A stretch of DNA of 62,151 bases from a virus (lineage: Duplodnaviria > Caudoviricetes), in the IMG/VR virus record IMGVR_UViG_3300004369_000015, positions 1 through 62,151 of that record, one strand, 5' to 3'. The notes beneath the pieces were generated by a model that saw only the letters and a program-made list of their open reading frames with translations, was not told the origin of the DNA and made no database searches. The translations under genes were made by a program, and so were the position numbers. Below, piece after piece: positions 10,511-21,208 of the stretch (position 1 is its first letter; each line of letters starts with the position of its first letter).

Positions 10511-11431
10511 TTACCTGTATAGATAGTTAAATGCATCTTCAACCGAACCATACGCTCTTTGTCCACGGGTTTGTAGACCTAAGTCATTTCTGAATCCACG
10601 TACCCAATCAGCATTTTGTTGAGCAAAGAAGTCTTGGCGTTGGACTGCAGACATATCCGAAAGTCCTGTAATATCTACACCTTTGTACATTTGTTTTCCT
10701 GCAGTACCTACCTGAGGCTGATATCCTACCATACCCTTAGTACCTACTGCTGCTTTGTAGTCTGCACTTGCTGCTACATTCTCTACCCCCTCAAGACCAC
10801 TGATGGATTTCTGAAGGTCTACACCTTCACGACCCGCAATGTTTGCAATCTTATTACCCTGTCTTGCTGCTGCACTTGTTTGATACAAGGGAACGAACGC
10901 TGCTGCTTGACCAATGGTATTGACAACACCCTGCATTCCCTGCTGCATATTCTGAGCAGCCATATTCTCCCTATTACGGGCTTCCATTTCGTACCCTGCT
11001 GCCGTCTCCAATGCTTTACCTGCTGAGATGTCACGCATCCTTGCGCTCTCCTCAGCCTTTGAAGCCTCGAGATTATACATATCAGTAGCCATATCTGCAC
11101 GTACCTGAGACTGACCCTGCTGCTGACCCACTAAGATTCTACCTGCCATTTCAGCAGCACCTCTTTCGCCTTCTCTTGCAGCCTCAGTAAGTTGAGCACC
11201 CTGTGCCAACATAGCCTCTCTCTGTAGTTCGTATGGTTCTTTTTGAATCGCCAAGGCATCCATATAGTTGACCTCCATTAGTCGGTCAAACTTGGCCTGT
11301 TCTTCTTCTGATTTTTGTTCAGCAGCACGGGCCTTCTTTTTCTCTGCTGATGCCTGAGCGAAAGACATAGCCGTAGAACCCGCAGTCGCTGCCAATCCTA
11401 CACCTGCTGCTATAGTTGTAAATGCTGCCAT
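10511..11431 (-). CDS. Putative DNA-ejection/pilot protein (306 aa)
   Basis: G/A-rich hydrophobic N-terminus and Q/A-rich coiled coil; follows the GNAT gene. Confidence 0.55.
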   Translation of the reverse strand: MAAFTTIAAGVGLAATAGSTAMSFAQASAEKKKARAAEQKSEEEQAKFDRLMEVNYMDALAIQKEPYELQREAMLAQGAQLTEAAREGERGAAEMAGRILVGQQQGQSQVRADMATDMYNLEASKAEESARMRDISAGKALETAAGYEMEARNRENMAAQNMQQGMQGVVNTIGQAAAFVPLYQTSAAARQGNKIANIAGREGVDLQKSISGLEGVENVAASADYKAAVGTKGMVGYQPQVGTAGKQMYKGVDITGLSDMSAVQRQDFFAQQNADWVRGFRNDLGLQTRGQRAYGSVEDAFNYLYR

Positions 11432-11432
11432 A

Positions 11433-11849
11433 TTATAACTTCTTTATCATCTCGTGAGCGTATGAATCACCCTTCTCATATCCTAACTCCATATATGTAT
11501 TAATAAGTAAAGGATGTTTGATTAATGCGTAACTCCATTCTGCCCCGATGTTTCTACAAACATTAGTTAATTGCTCAACCAAAAAAACAATTGCCTGTTT
11601 TCTGTGTGGCTTTTTCCTATATTCTTTATTTGATACAACCCAATCAACCCACGCAACACTTGAATTGGTTTTATATATAAACCCTGCACAAACAGGTGTG
11701 TCCCCGTCATAAACGATGTAGCCCCCTGTCCCATCCTGTGGTAGGAACTCACGCTTAGGTGGAGACCAACCCCAATCATTCCACCACTTCAACAAAATGG
11801 CTTCATAATCCTCGTGATTCAATGGTCTTATATCAAATAACATTTGCAT
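11433..11849 (-). CDS. GNAT-fold acetyltransferase-like protein
   Basis: IRPL...GYIVYDGDTPVCAG...YMELGY pattern; position matches podovirus gp13-like genes. Confidence 0.6.
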   Translation of the reverse strand: MQMLFDIRPLNHEDYEAILLKWWNDWGWSPPKREFLPQDGTGGYIVYDGDTPVCAGFIYKTNSSVAWVDWVVSNKEYRKKPHRKQAIVFLVEQLTNVCRNIGAEWSYALIKHPLLINTYMELGYEKGDSYAHEMIKKL

Positions 11850-11850
11850 A

Positions 11851-11858
11851 CAAAGATA
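11851..11858 (-). promoter_or_regulatory. Bacteroidota -7 promoter element TATCTTTG
   Basis: TAnnTTTG directly upstream of the ejection-protein block. Confidence 0.6.
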
Positions 11859-11866
11859 ATATTTTT

Positions 11867-12664
11867 TTAGGGATAACTTTTCATCACGTCAGCCTCGACT
11901 GCGAACAACTCAATCTGAGAACTATTTGAGTTATTAATCGCAAACACACAGTAGTGTCCCAATACTCCGTGAGATTCGGCAACCGCATTCTTAATATACA
12001 AAAAGTAAGCGTCTTGAATAGGGATTGGAATTGAACCCGGGATAGAAGTATCAACCTCGATTCTATTGATACCATTTCTCAGGTCAACTGTCACACTAAC
12101 AATCTGTCCCGCAAGTTGAGGAGATGTGTATGGTGGCAATGCGAAGTATACCATATCACCGACAGACATAATCCCCTTCTCGATGGTAACACTTGTCGCA
12201 AAGTTTATCTGATATCCTACAGGTATTGCAACAACAGATGCGCTACGTCCAATACCATTCAAAGAACGGAGAGGATACTCGTCAACACCTGCGGGTACAT
12301 CACCCGAGTTACGAACGAATGCAAAAAACACCTGCTCTTTCTTCTCGAACCAAGGCGCATTGATGAATCCTGAGTCCTGAATATCGGAGTACATAATAGC
12401 ATTCCAAGCGTCAGTCCCCTGTAGACTCAACGTCTTCCACAACTTGTTGTCGAGTGGCCCGTCATTGAACACACTCGTCAGTGTGGTTGAATACTGAACG
12501 CCATAGAAGTTGTTTCTAATGTTGTTCACGTTGTGCCTATATAGGTTACCTCCCTTGAATGTATAGAAATAGTTATTCATTCCTATCATCCAATCAGGAT
12601 AGAAAGAGTAAAAAGATGGCCATCCTCTTACGTCTTCGCTAAATGTTAATGTGTAATTACTCAT
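11867..12664 (-). CDS. Tail nozzle/stabilisation protein, C-terminal part encoded as a separate gene
   Basis: TLTFSE..GWPSFYSF.P...YTFKGG.LY.H...NNFYGVQ motif. Confidence 0.6.
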   Translation of the reverse strand: MSNYTLTFSEDVRGWPSFYSFYPDWMIGMNNYFYTFKGGNLYRHNVNNIRNNFYGVQYSTTLTSVFNDGPLDNKLWKTLSLQGTDAWNAIMYSDIQDSGFINAPWFEKKEQVFFAFVRNSGDVPAGVDEYPLRSLNGIGRSASVVAIPVGYQINFATSVTIEKGIMSVGDMVYFALPPYTSPQLAGQIVSVTVDLRNGINRIEVDTSIPGSIPIPIQDAYFLYIKNAVAESHGVLGHYCVFAINNSNSSQIELFAVEADVMKSYP

Positions 12665-12682
12665 ACAATATCTATAGTTTTT

Positions 12683-12698
12683 GTGTCTTTAAAGACAC
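12683..12698. repeat. Perfect 16-bp palindrome GTGTC-TTTAAA-GACAC (intergenic)
   Basis: Read directly; 1 bp past the stop codon at 12700. Confidence 0.9.
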
Positions 12699-12699
12699 T

Positions 12700-13608
12700 T
12701 TATGGTAGCGCACAAGTTCCCATCGCAATAATGACTCCATTAGCATCTACCTGATACCATCCTCCTGTGTATCTGTAGTAACCTGCACTTAGTACAAACT
12801 GTCCATTGGCATCACTAAATACCCAATCATACAATCCTATGTTCCCCGCAGTTCCATTTACAGGTGCATTATAGTATGTGGTATCCAATGGGTGACCACA
12901 AGCCTCACTCGTTGCAGGTTGAGGGTTTGCGTTTGATGTGTAGCCCGTCAACAATGCGGGGCAACTAACACCTATCGCAAATACAGTGCCTGAACAAGGC
13001 CCAACAAATTCGAACTGCACCAACGATGGAGTCGCACTAATCTTTGGTATAACCATAACACAGTTTCCGGGAGAACTACCAAGCGATACGTCACCCGCAT
13101 TCACAGTAATGCTTTGAGTATTCCCTGTTGCAACAAAAGCACCACCTGTATATTCGTACTCATTCAAGTTGTACGTACTTCCACTTATACCACAATCAGC
13201 CCCCGAGTTACCAACGTATGTAAAGTTTGAGGAATTTGTGCTGCCGTGGTATCCGTCTACAGGAGAACTAAGTTTGTTGTATACCGCCCCGTTATAAGTT
13301 GCTCTAATACCATCAGGCACAGAGGCAGGGTCAAACGTAACTATCATTGCTCCTACATCAGAAGCAGTACCTCCTGCATCAAGGTCTAACAGATATACAC
13401 CTTGAGAACCCGATGCACTTATAGTTCCACCGCAGGGTTCTGCGCAAGTAGGACAGGTTTGTTGTGGTAGTAACACACAATTCAATAACTGCCTTACAAT
13501 GGTTCCGTCCGAATAAAATCCATCAGGGGCGCAGTTGGTCATCGCGGCATCCGTAAACACTGCGTTTGAATTTGATAATGTTGTTCCGTCTATATAATAT
13601 GTAGCCAT
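12700..13608 (-). CDS. Cys-rich beta-structured virion/tail accessory protein (302 aa)
   Basis: Composition and position in the tail block. Confidence 0.55.
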   Translation of the reverse strand: MATYYIDGTTLSNSNAVFTDAAMTNCAPDGFYSDGTIVRQLLNCVLLPQQTCPTCAEPCGGTISASGSQGVYLLDLDAGGTASDVGAMIVTFDPASVPDGIRATYNGAVYNKLSSPVDGYHGSTNSSNFTYVGNSGADCGISGSTYNLNEYEYTGGAFVATGNTQSITVNAGDVSLGSSPGNCVMVIPKISATPSLVQFEFVGPCSGTVFAIGVSCPALLTGYTSNANPQPATSEACGHPLDTTYYNAPVNGTAGNIGLYDWVFSDANGQFVLSAGYYRYTGGWYQVDANGVIIAMGTCALP

Positions 13609-13619
13609 CTATTTAATTT

Positions 13620-16600
13620 TTATGGGATTCCACAACTTGATAATTGACCACCTATACTTGCATTAGCAGCACCCGTGTGTTGGAATGATGCAGTTGCAGT
13701 TCCTTCAGTACCCGTCAACTCTATCTGAGGCGTAATCTGACCGTCAGCCAATAGCGTGAACGTAACATCATAGTACACAACCTCAGACGTTGCAGTAGCA
13801 GTGAATGTTTGATTCACATCAAAATCGCTCAAACTTGCGTGGACTGTTGAGGTAGAAGGTGCAATACTCAACAATGATGTATACGAGTTACCTATAGTTA
13901 GGTTATCGAGGGTTGCTTGGAATCTTATTGTTCCACCGTTTGTGCTATCCCAAGTTCCTACTCTACAAACAGGATATGCTCCCATCAATACGCTTAGTGT
14001 CGGGGTGTCACCACCGCCACCGCCACCGCCTGTGCATCCGCAACAAGCAGTAGTCAAGTCAGCACCATAGCATAGGTCGGTAGTTGTTGCCTCTCTCAAA
14101 TCCCAAATCATATACAGGTAATCTCCTGTAGATGGCATTGTGAAGTCTGCTGAGTATTTAGTGGGGGCAGTTCCTGAATAGTAAATTGGAGTCGCCACAC
14201 TTGCGGAAGTCAACAGGGTAATTACATCAGCCTGATTGTTTTCGTACAAGGTGTTAGACCTCATATACATAAACTTGTTAGCCAAAGGATTGAACTCGAA
14301 GTCATCGAAGTTAATCTTATTGGTAGACATAGTTACAGTAGAACCGTTTGATGGGCCATTTGGTGCACCTTCGTATGTACTTGTAGTAGAGTATCGAGAT
14401 ACAATTGGAGTAACCGAACTTCCTTGGAACGATACCAACGAAGACTGAGTTGGGCTTATATAAGTTCCGTCATTATATCCGTACTCACTATGGATGTATT
14501 GACCTGCCTCATTGTTAGAGGTGACTACAAACTGAACAATTTGAATTACCCCAACTTCAGGACATCCAACTATAACCTCAATAACAGAAGAACCTGTAGC
14601 CGTAACTGTTATGTCTGCAGTAGTAACTTGACTTGAATCCTTAGAGAATGTGAATGACCCGCTTGAGGACACATTCCCTGATGAGTAGTTACCGCTATTG
14701 TAGAGAGCATTAATATTGAAAGTCCCCGATGTAGAAATAACGTTGTATGTAACCGTAACATCCCCAACCGTCTGACCAAAATCAATACAATATGTCCTTG
14801 GCTGAGAAACACTAACGTTTAAGTTTGTGATGGTATTACAACCAATACAATCTTCAGGCAATGGTATCTCTTGGTCGTTGCTTGTTAGTACGTACTCATT
14901 CATATATGGGTCGTAGCCTCCAAGTTTCTGAGTATAGAAGTCTGTGTTGAACAGGTCTCTAAACCAAGTCTTCATCCCTGTATCAGAGATTACATTTAGT
15001 TGTTCGCTTTGTCCCGAGTTACCCTTGAGTTGAATAACTACACCACGCTTCGCATCAGTAAAGAACTTGTCAGCACCCCACTGAGCAAAACTTTCAGGGT
15101 GGTGTGAGATACCAAACTCCTCAACACGAGCAACCTGCGTACCCAACACTTGAGGAACCGCCATAAGACTGCTACCTGCACCTGCGTCAGACAAGATGTT
15201 TTTTCCTGTAAGTACGTATGAGATTTTATCCTCCTGCAATACCAAGATATCACTCTCTCTTCCAACCATTTTAAATATAGGGCCGAAAGATTGCTCTAAG
15301 TTCTTATAGTTAAGAAGTCCAAGGTTGAACTCGTTTAACTTATTTACGTTCGACTCCTCATTGTAGATACCACTGTAGGTGATGTCTGCAAATCTTAATG
15401 TCTCTCTATAATCTAACTCAGACGTTGAGGTTGCTCTGTTACCCAACACCAACTCCTTACCAATCATAGAGTCCTGAACCTTGTAACTTTCTACACCATT
15501 ACCAAATGAGTAGCAGTTAAAGAAATCAGTATTGATGATTGCAGGGGTATTGGTGGCAAAGTCTTGGTTCTGAACATTACCGCTATGCTGACCTGCAGCG
15601 TCAATGGCAAATGACTCAGAAGACTCATACCATAAATCAGGCTCAGCATCTTGAGGGTCGCTTTCGAACACCACAATGTTTGCAGCACGAATGACCTCGA
15701 TATTTACCTCTGACTTGGATTTTTTCTTTTTACCTGCGTACCCAATAGTTCCTGAGAACACAAGTTTCAGTTCATTGTTTGATGGGTTTCTATAGAATCT
15801 AAAGAAACACTTAACCAAATCACACCCCGCATAATCTGTAGGTGCAAGTGTGCTATCGTATTGCGCTTCAGGGATTGTCGCACCACAATCAGCAGTTCTT
15901 ATTGCAGAACTTCCATTCAATAGAGACTGAACATTATCTCCGTCCCACCAATCCTTAAAGTTTGCGTAGTCCTGAGAAACAGTAAGCGTCTCTTCGTATT
16001 TATATCTACGTGCTTCTACACCACTTGTCGAACAAGATTTACCGATACGCTCGTTCTTGAAGTATAGTTTCACTCTTGAACCTGCAGGTAGGTCATAGTC
16101 TATAAATTGACCTGCGTTATTTGGGTCTTCTCTGTTAACCCTGTAACTAACGTTAGGACAAGACCCACCTGTTGCTTCTTTAGTTTTCTTACCATACGAA
16201 ACCACAGGCAAGTCGCCTACCTCAGTGCTGAAGTTGTTGGCACGAATCTTCATATACGTACCCGCAGGAATTGGTATCTCTGTGCCTGATGAATCAGTGG
16301 GTAGTGGGTCTAAGAAGTTCCGCATTTGGGCTTCCTTCTCTAACACAGTTGTTGTAACGCAAGTGCCTAATGGCCCATTTGGGTCTGCCTTTACGTACAA
16401 CTCATCCCCCTCTTCAATCTTTCTACTATTCTGACCCTCAAGAAGAAAGTAGTCGCAACCCGAAACAGTGTCTCTAAAGAATAGGTTACTATAGATTACA
16501 TCATAATCTTTCTTATCAGGCTTGATGGCAAACTTATATCTTGTAGCCCAACTTGGAGCACGTTGCGTAGTCGGAATGTTTACCTGAATTCTATTCTGAG

Positions 16601-18428
16601 TATCTGATAAAGAACAAGGAACGTGCTCTGTATTATCTCTACTAACCAATGCAGTAGAGGAACGATTAAACTCGTCCATATAAACAATAGCAACCTCATA
16701 GTCTCTATTACTCTTCAAACTCCTTGGGTTCCCTATCTCGGCAAATGATGCTTCTGAATAAGTAATCTCGTAGTATTCGTAAACACTCTGAGTAATGTTT
16801 ACCCCTGTTGGGTCGTCTACATATCTTATTGCGGGGATTTGAAAACCAATCTCATCAGATGCAGGGCTTGTTACAATTCGAATAGGCTCACCTACGTTAA
16901 TGATACCACTCTCATACTTCTCTAAACTATCGAGTGTCTGTTGAGCAGCACAGTTAAATATGTCCGTAAACGTAGTACCGCTACAAGAGTTTGCAACAGT
17001 TTGAATGTTTGTTACAGTACCAACCTTATCGATAAAGTCTGCACTCGTAGCAAGGTCAAACACACTATTAAATGACTGAGGCAGTATATACGTGAACTCA
17101 ATCTCTGTCTCGGCAGTTTCTTGTGTTGGGAACGGAGGAGTACCTGAGAATGTACTATGCTCGTAACGAATAATCAAACTAATAATAGCACCTGATACTA
17201 AATCAAAGTCCTGCAGGTCTACACTTACAACAGAAGATGCAATTGTTTGGTTACCATTTACTGCGTAGTTACCACTACTCAATGCAGTAGTGACATCAGA
17301 ATCCCCAATGTCAGTAGATATCAATGATGTGGTATAGTCAAACCTAACGGGGTTCCTGTTTAAGTCTACAAGGTCTCTCCCTTCAACGTAGTTCCCGTAC
17401 ATCAATCGGTTACCCATCATAGTCTGAGCCTGTGATAATAGAGGTACGTTGTCGTACATTCTAAGAATCTCAGAATCAGGCAGTATGGTAAACACCTTGT
17501 TATTCGTAAAGGTGTACGTGTAATCAGTATTGTCAGAAAGACCCAACTCATCCTTATCAAGTTTCTCAATAACCTTGATGGTAGGAGAGTTCATATCCTT
17601 GAACAACAAGTCTACTCCCGTTACAAGTGGGCCTCCTGAGTTGTATGTGATAACACAAGAGTTGGATGTGTTCAGCATCCCTTGGTTCAATGCAGTCTCA
17701 GTGCTATAATTAAAAACGCCCGGCAAGAATGCGGGTAGGCTGAACTGAGAAGTCGCAGAGTAATCGTTGTCTTGGTATCTATATCTGTACGCAAAGCAAA
17801 TGAATCTATCCTCCAAGTAGTTGTCTTGACTTGCAGTAATAAGAGACTGCACAGATGGTGAGGTTACGGGTGGCTTCTTAATTACAAGAAGAGACTCCGC
17901 ACTTGTTTGGTCTACACCTCCTGATGGGTATGGATAGTTGCGTGTTACGTTTATGAATCGTGGCTGATTGTAGTTGTCAGTCCAAAAGAGCAAATTCTCT
18001 TTTTTGTTTACCCCTGTAATAACATAATCTTGAGAGAAGTTCAGTGTAGTATTTGAACCCCCGCCATCATTAATTGTAATTACGTGGTACGTAAGTGACT
18101 GTGTTTTAGTATCATATGATACTATCAAATCTATCTTGCCTGTAGGTGAACTTGAAAACGATGGGTCGTGTACAAACCAATAGATAGTTTCTTCTGCACC
18201 ATCTTCAAATGCACCGATAGCCTTTGCATCATTAGTTAATAAACTACCTTGAAATTGTAGGGTTGTAAGTTTGGTGTTCCCCTTGGAGTTCTCAATAACT
18301 CCCATTTCATCCTTTTCCGTAGAACCCATACGGATGTTAAGCGCATCGATGTACTCCCCGTTTGGAACGAGTCGCTCATCGACCTCTTTATTCATCCGGC
18401 CTGTTACAAAGTTTCTTGATAGATTCAT
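13620..18428 (-). CDS. Tail nozzle/stabilisation protein (tail tubular B-like), N-terminal part with C-terminal extension
   Basis: GRMNKEVDERLVPNGEYIDALN, FAYRYRY, GNRLMYGNY, GGYDPYMNEY motifs. Confidence 0.7.
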   Translation of the reverse strand: MNLSRNFVTGRMNKEVDERLVPNGEYIDALNIRMGSTEKDEMGVIENSKGNTKLTTLQFQGSLLTNDAKAIGAFEDGAEETIYWFVHDPSFSSSPTGKIDLIVSYDTKTQSLTYHVITINDGGGSNTTLNFSQDYVITGVNKKENLLFWTDNYNQPRFINVTRNYPYPSGGVDQTSAESLLVIKKPPVTSPSVQSLITASQDNYLEDRFICFAYRYRYQDNDYSATSQFSLPAFLPGVFNYSTETALNQGMLNTSNSCVITYNSGGPLVTGVDLLFKDMNSPTIKVIEKLDKDELGLSDNTDYTYTFTNNKVFTILPDSEILRMYDNVPLLSQAQTMMGNRLMYGNYVEGRDLVDLNRNPVRFDYTTSLISTDIGDSDVTTALSSGNYAVNGNQTIASSVVSVDLQDFDLVSGAIISLIIRYEHSTFSGTPPFPTQETAETEIEFTYILPQSFNSVFDLATSADFIDKVGTVTNIQTVANSCSGTTFTDIFNCAAQQTLDSLEKYESGIINVGEPIRIVTSPASDEIGFQIPAIRYVDDPTGVNITQSVYEYYEITYSEASFAEIGNPRSLKSNRDYEVAIVYMDEFNRSSTALVSRDNTEHVPCSLSDTQNRIQVNIPTTQRAPSWATRYKFAIKPDKKDYDVIYSNLFFRDTVSGCDYFLLEGQNSRKIEEGDELYVKADPNGPLGTCVTTTVLEKEAQMRNFLDPLPTDSSGTEIPIPAGTYMKIRANNFSTEVGDLPVVSYGKKTKEATGGSCPNVSYRVNREDPNNAGQFIDYDLPAGSRVKLYFKNERIGKSCSTSGVEARRYKYEETLTVSQDYANFKDWWDGDNVQSLLNGSSAIRTADCGATIPEAQYDSTLAPTDYAGCDLVKCFFRFYRNPSNNELKLVFSGTIGYAGKKKKSKSEVNIEVIRAANIVVFESDPQDAEPDLWYESSESFAIDAAGQHSGNVQNQDFATNTPAIINTDFFNCYSFGNGVESYKVQDSMIGKELVLGNRATSTSELDYRETLRFADITYSGIYNEESNVNKLNEFNLGLLNYKNLEQSFGPIFKMVGRESDILVLQEDKISYVLTGKNILSDAGAGSSLMAVPQVLGTQVARVEEFGISHHPESFAQWGADKFFTDAKRGVVIQLKGNSGQSEQLNVISDTGMKTWFRDLFNTDFYTQKLGGYDPYMNEYVLTSNDQEIPLPEDCIGCNTITNLNVSVSQPRTYCIDFGQTVGDVTVTYNVISTSGTFNINALYNSGNYSSGNVSSSGSFTFSKDSSQVTTADITVTATGSSVIEVIVGCPEVGVIQIVQFVVTSNNEAGQYIHSEYGYNDGTYISPTQSSLVSFQGSSVTPIVSRYSTTSTYEGAPNGPSNGSTVTMSTNKINFDDFEFNPLANKFMYMRSNTLYENNQADVITLLTSASVATPIYYSGTAPTKYSADFTMPSTGDYLYMIWDLREATTTDLCYGADLTTACCGCTGGGGGGGDTPTLSVLMGAYPVCRVGTWDSTNGGTIRFQATLDNLTIGNSYTSLLSIAPSTSTVHASLSDFDVNQTFTATATSEVVYYDVTFTLLADGQITPQIELTGTEGTATASFQHTGAANASIGGQLSSCGIP

Positions 18429-18429
18429 A

Positions 18430-19353
18430 TTACTTTAGCCACTTATCTCCACCTCTCATATTCATTAGCAATCTTCCGGGATGAATATTACTCATCCTGA
18501 TTTTTGCATTTCTGAGAAGTGCCAATCTACGCTTTCTCGCTCTTGCAACTATATACTCTTGAACATTTAGTTTTGAGTTTAGTATTGCATACTCGATAGC
18601 AGCATAGATATAATCTTCAAATAGTTTGTTTACCGATACCTTGGAGTCGTCTCCGTTTTCCATACCATCAGATACGTACTCAAGAATACACAACTGATTC
18701 ATCATTCCTGAACTGAAGTTGATGACACCCGTCTTCTTGTCAATCACAAAAGTAGGGTTGGCATTAGCGGTCTCAGTGTTCAGGCCAAAACGTGAACCGT
18801 AGTTGAAATCAAAATACCAATCCCCATCGAGGTAGTATCCCTCCATACCGTTGTAGGCACTGTGTTGGTTTAGGTATATACTCTTCTTCTGTCCTGTAAT
18901 CCTATCGTAATCGATATCAGAAAACTGTGGCTTTAGAATATTTCCGTCAAGGTCAAACAAGATTCTACCTGTATTATCCTGCAAGTACGCCTTAGATGTA
19001 TTGGTTTGAATGTTCTCGGAAAGCGGGAACAATAGACCATCTTTGTACATTGATATACGAACCCAATTCACAAAATCAGATGGGAGGATATATCTCAGTT
19101 GGTCATCAACGCTAAGTTCCAATACCTTAATTTCCTTGAAGGCATCATAGTTTAGTTCTTGAATTGCTCTCTTTGCGTGGAACAATACCTTGAATCTCTC
19201 TTCGTTATTTACAAGGCTATGGTTTCCTGCATACATCAACATAAAGTTGTTGACGATGTCATACAGAGAAACGTACTGATAAGACCCCCAATTTGCATCT
19301 TCGGGTGTGTTACCATTATTCTCGTAGTATTGATATTGTGATATATATGCCAT
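18430..19353 (-). CDS. Head-tail adaptor/ring protein (tail tubular A-like)
   Basis: Size, position and LPSDFVNWVR motif. Confidence 0.6.
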   Translation of the reverse strand: MAYISQYQYYENNGNTPEDANWGSYQYVSLYDIVNNFMLMYAGNHSLVNNEERFKVLFHAKRAIQELNYDAFKEIKVLELSVDDQLRYILPSDFVNWVRISMYKDGLLFPLSENIQTNTSKAYLQDNTGRILFDLDGNILKPQFSDIDYDRITGQKKSIYLNQHSAYNGMEGYYLDGDWYFDFNYGSRFGLNTETANANPTFVIDKKTGVINFSSGMMNQLCILEYVSDGMENGDDSKVSVNKLFEDYIYAAIEYAILNSKLNVQEYIVARARKRRLALLRNAKIRMSNIHPGRLLMNMRGGDKWLK

Positions 19354-20309
19354 TATAATTGCTCTTGACTATTTTCGTTTTCTTCTGCGTTACCAAACTG
19401 ATACACGTCAGCCTCACGAATATTCACACCTGCGTACTGAAGAATCTTTAGAATCAAAGTAACCTCATCTTCGAGGGGCACTTCAAAGTCTTGGTAGTCA
19501 GGTTGTGATTGGTCGAAGGATGGCTCACCATTAACCAACTGAATGTAAGTCCACTTAGGGTCTTTAGGGTATCTGAAGTATTGAGTGTTTACACGGCCCA
19601 CAGAAGTAATGTCCTTAGGGAATGCAGCCAACAATAATTCTTCTTGCGTGTATGCGGGGAACGTTAAGGTTGGAGAGGTTAGGATAGAGTTATTCAGCAT
19701 AGTAATCTTGCTATGCGTAACCTTCTCTGCCTCCTCGAGTTTAGAATCCTCTTTATAGATTGCATAATCCAATCCCAATGCGTTCCAATAATTACCCGTA
19801 GTAGTTAGTTCAGTTGCACTGTTTACTACAAGTACCTCAACATACTGTACACCACCATTCTCTACGGCTACAATGTCACCAACTTGTACTAAATCTGTGA
19901 TAAAGTCTGCAGTGCTATCAATCAAACGGTTGGCACCACCAACCGTTCCGTCTGTACTTCCTTCTGTGATGAGGTCTTGGTATACCAATACCTTGTTCAA
20001 CAGGTAGTAATCATCTCCTGTTGTGGTTTGCGATGGTAAGTAATACTTGTTCTTAGTACCACGAACTAATCCGTTGGTAACAGAAAACACTTCAATCGCC
20101 TCTTCAATTCCTTTGCGTATATCTGCAATCCCCGTGCCTGAGGCCCGTTGGTTCTCTTTATTTATCTGATAGTTGTACTGATAAAAATAACTTTGGAATA
20201 CATCTAATTGTGCTTGTTTAGCAAATAGATTAAAGTCCGATGGAGATAAGTATCCGTAGTTGTTTTTATTTAGCACAGACAGAACTGTATTTCTTACTGT
20301 GTTTATCAT
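19353..20309 (-). CDS. Head-tail adaptor/ring protein
   Basis: LNKNNYGYLSPSDFNLFAKQAQ and YFRYPKDPKW motifs; position. Confidence 0.6.
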   Translation of the reverse strand: MINTVRNTVLSVLNKNNYGYLSPSDFNLFAKQAQLDVFQSYFYQYNYQINKENQRASGTGIADIRKGIEEAIEVFSVTNGLVRGTKNKYYLPSQTTTGDDYYLLNKVLVYQDLITEGSTDGTVGGANRLIDSTADFITDLVQVGDIVAVENGGVQYVEVLVVNSATELTTTGNYWNALGLDYAIYKEDSKLEEAEKVTHSKITMLNNSILTSPTLTFPAYTQEELLLAAFPKDITSVGRVNTQYFRYPKDPKWTYIQLVNGEPSFDQSQPDYQDFEVPLEDEVTLILKILQYAGVNIREADVYQFGNAEENENSQEQL

Positions 20310-20323
20310 CGTAAACTTTTTTA

Positions 20324-20331
20324 CAAAGATA
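20324..20331 (-). promoter_or_regulatory. -7 promoter element TATCTTTG
   Basis: TAnnTTTG upstream of 20309. Confidence 0.6.
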
Positions 20332-20334
20332 AAG

Positions 20335-20368
20335 AAAAAAAAAGAGGGTCTCCGAAAAGACCCCTTTT
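20335..20368 (-). terminator. Rho-independent terminator
   Basis: GGGTCT/AGACCC stem followed by a long T-run on the minus strand. Confidence 0.75.
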
Positions 20369-20390
20369 GGTAAGTAGTAGAATAATAGCG

Positions 20391-21140
20391 TTATTCTTCG
20401 AGTAATGTCTCAAGCATCTTCAAAGACTCGATGCCCTCATCCGACTGTAGGTATGAAGAAACAATGTACATTGGCTCTTCCCCATATGGTACAGTAAGCA
20501 TTCTTGTCTTGTTGCTTGGTGTATTAAACCACACCTCTTTTTTATTCTTTCTAAACGATAGCAATCCATTATCAAAGAATTTCTGTACAGTTCCCTGCAA
20601 CTTTAATGATGGGTCACTCAAAACATTTAGGAAGTGACGTGGGTCTTTTTTAGCAAAAATCAAAACGTCTCTCTTCAACTCTGCAGTAGTGGCCTTGGAC
20701 ATATCACGTCCAAACAACACACGGCATACAGTCTCCAATTGGTCAACGCTAAGTTGACGTGCTTCAATCATTGCGTCCAACTCATAGTTGATGTTTTCAA
20801 CTTCCGCACTTGCATCTCTCTCGTTATCTACCTCTTCAAATTTTTTACCATTTAATGGATGGTAGTACAGGAATTGTTGCAATACGGGATTGTTCTTGGG
20901 TACGTGTAAGAATCCGTCTTCAAAAATGACAGGCTCTAAAATAGCGTTGCCATCCTGCTCATCCACAAAGGGGGAGCGTTGGTTTCTTGCGTAACGAAGT
21001 TCTCTGTTTACTCCTTGGTCTTCATCGAAATACATCAATGGGAATCTACGGGAGTTCTTAACGGGCAGCATAAAAGAAAGTGGTGCTGCATCTCTTGTGA
21101 GTTTGTAGACCTTGTCTACGGGTGTTATTGTCTTTTTCAT
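20391..21140 (-). CDS. Conserved hypothetical protein downstream of the capsid gene
   Basis: 249-aa ORF with good start context. Confidence 0.7.
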   Translation of the reverse strand: MKKTITPVDKVYKLTRDAAPLSFMLPVKNSRRFPLMYFDEDQGVNRELRYARNQRSPFVDEQDGNAILEPVIFEDGFLHVPKNNPVLQQFLYYHPLNGKKFEEVDNERDASAEVENINYELDAMIEARQLSVDQLETVCRVLFGRDMSKATTAELKRDVLIFAKKDPRHFLNVLSDPSLKLQGTVQKFFDNGLLSFRKNKKEVWFNTPSNKTRMLTVPYGEEPMYIVSSYLQSDEGIESLKMLETLLEE

Positions 21141-21160
21141 TTTGATATGATTTGAATTTT

Positions 21161-21194
21161 AAAAAAGGGAGAGTGTCTTCAAAGACACTCCCCC
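21161..21194 (-). terminator. Capsid-gene terminator containing the 16-bp palindrome (21173-21188)
   Basis: GGGAGAGTGTC-TTCAAA-GACACTCCCC with a T-run on the minus strand. Confidence 0.75.
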
Positions 21195-21208
21195 AATTAA
21201 GATACCTC

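Noticed and set aside
16468-16483. GTGTC-TCTAAA-GAATA as another palindrome copy
   Set aside because: Three mismatches in the right arm; compatible with chance.
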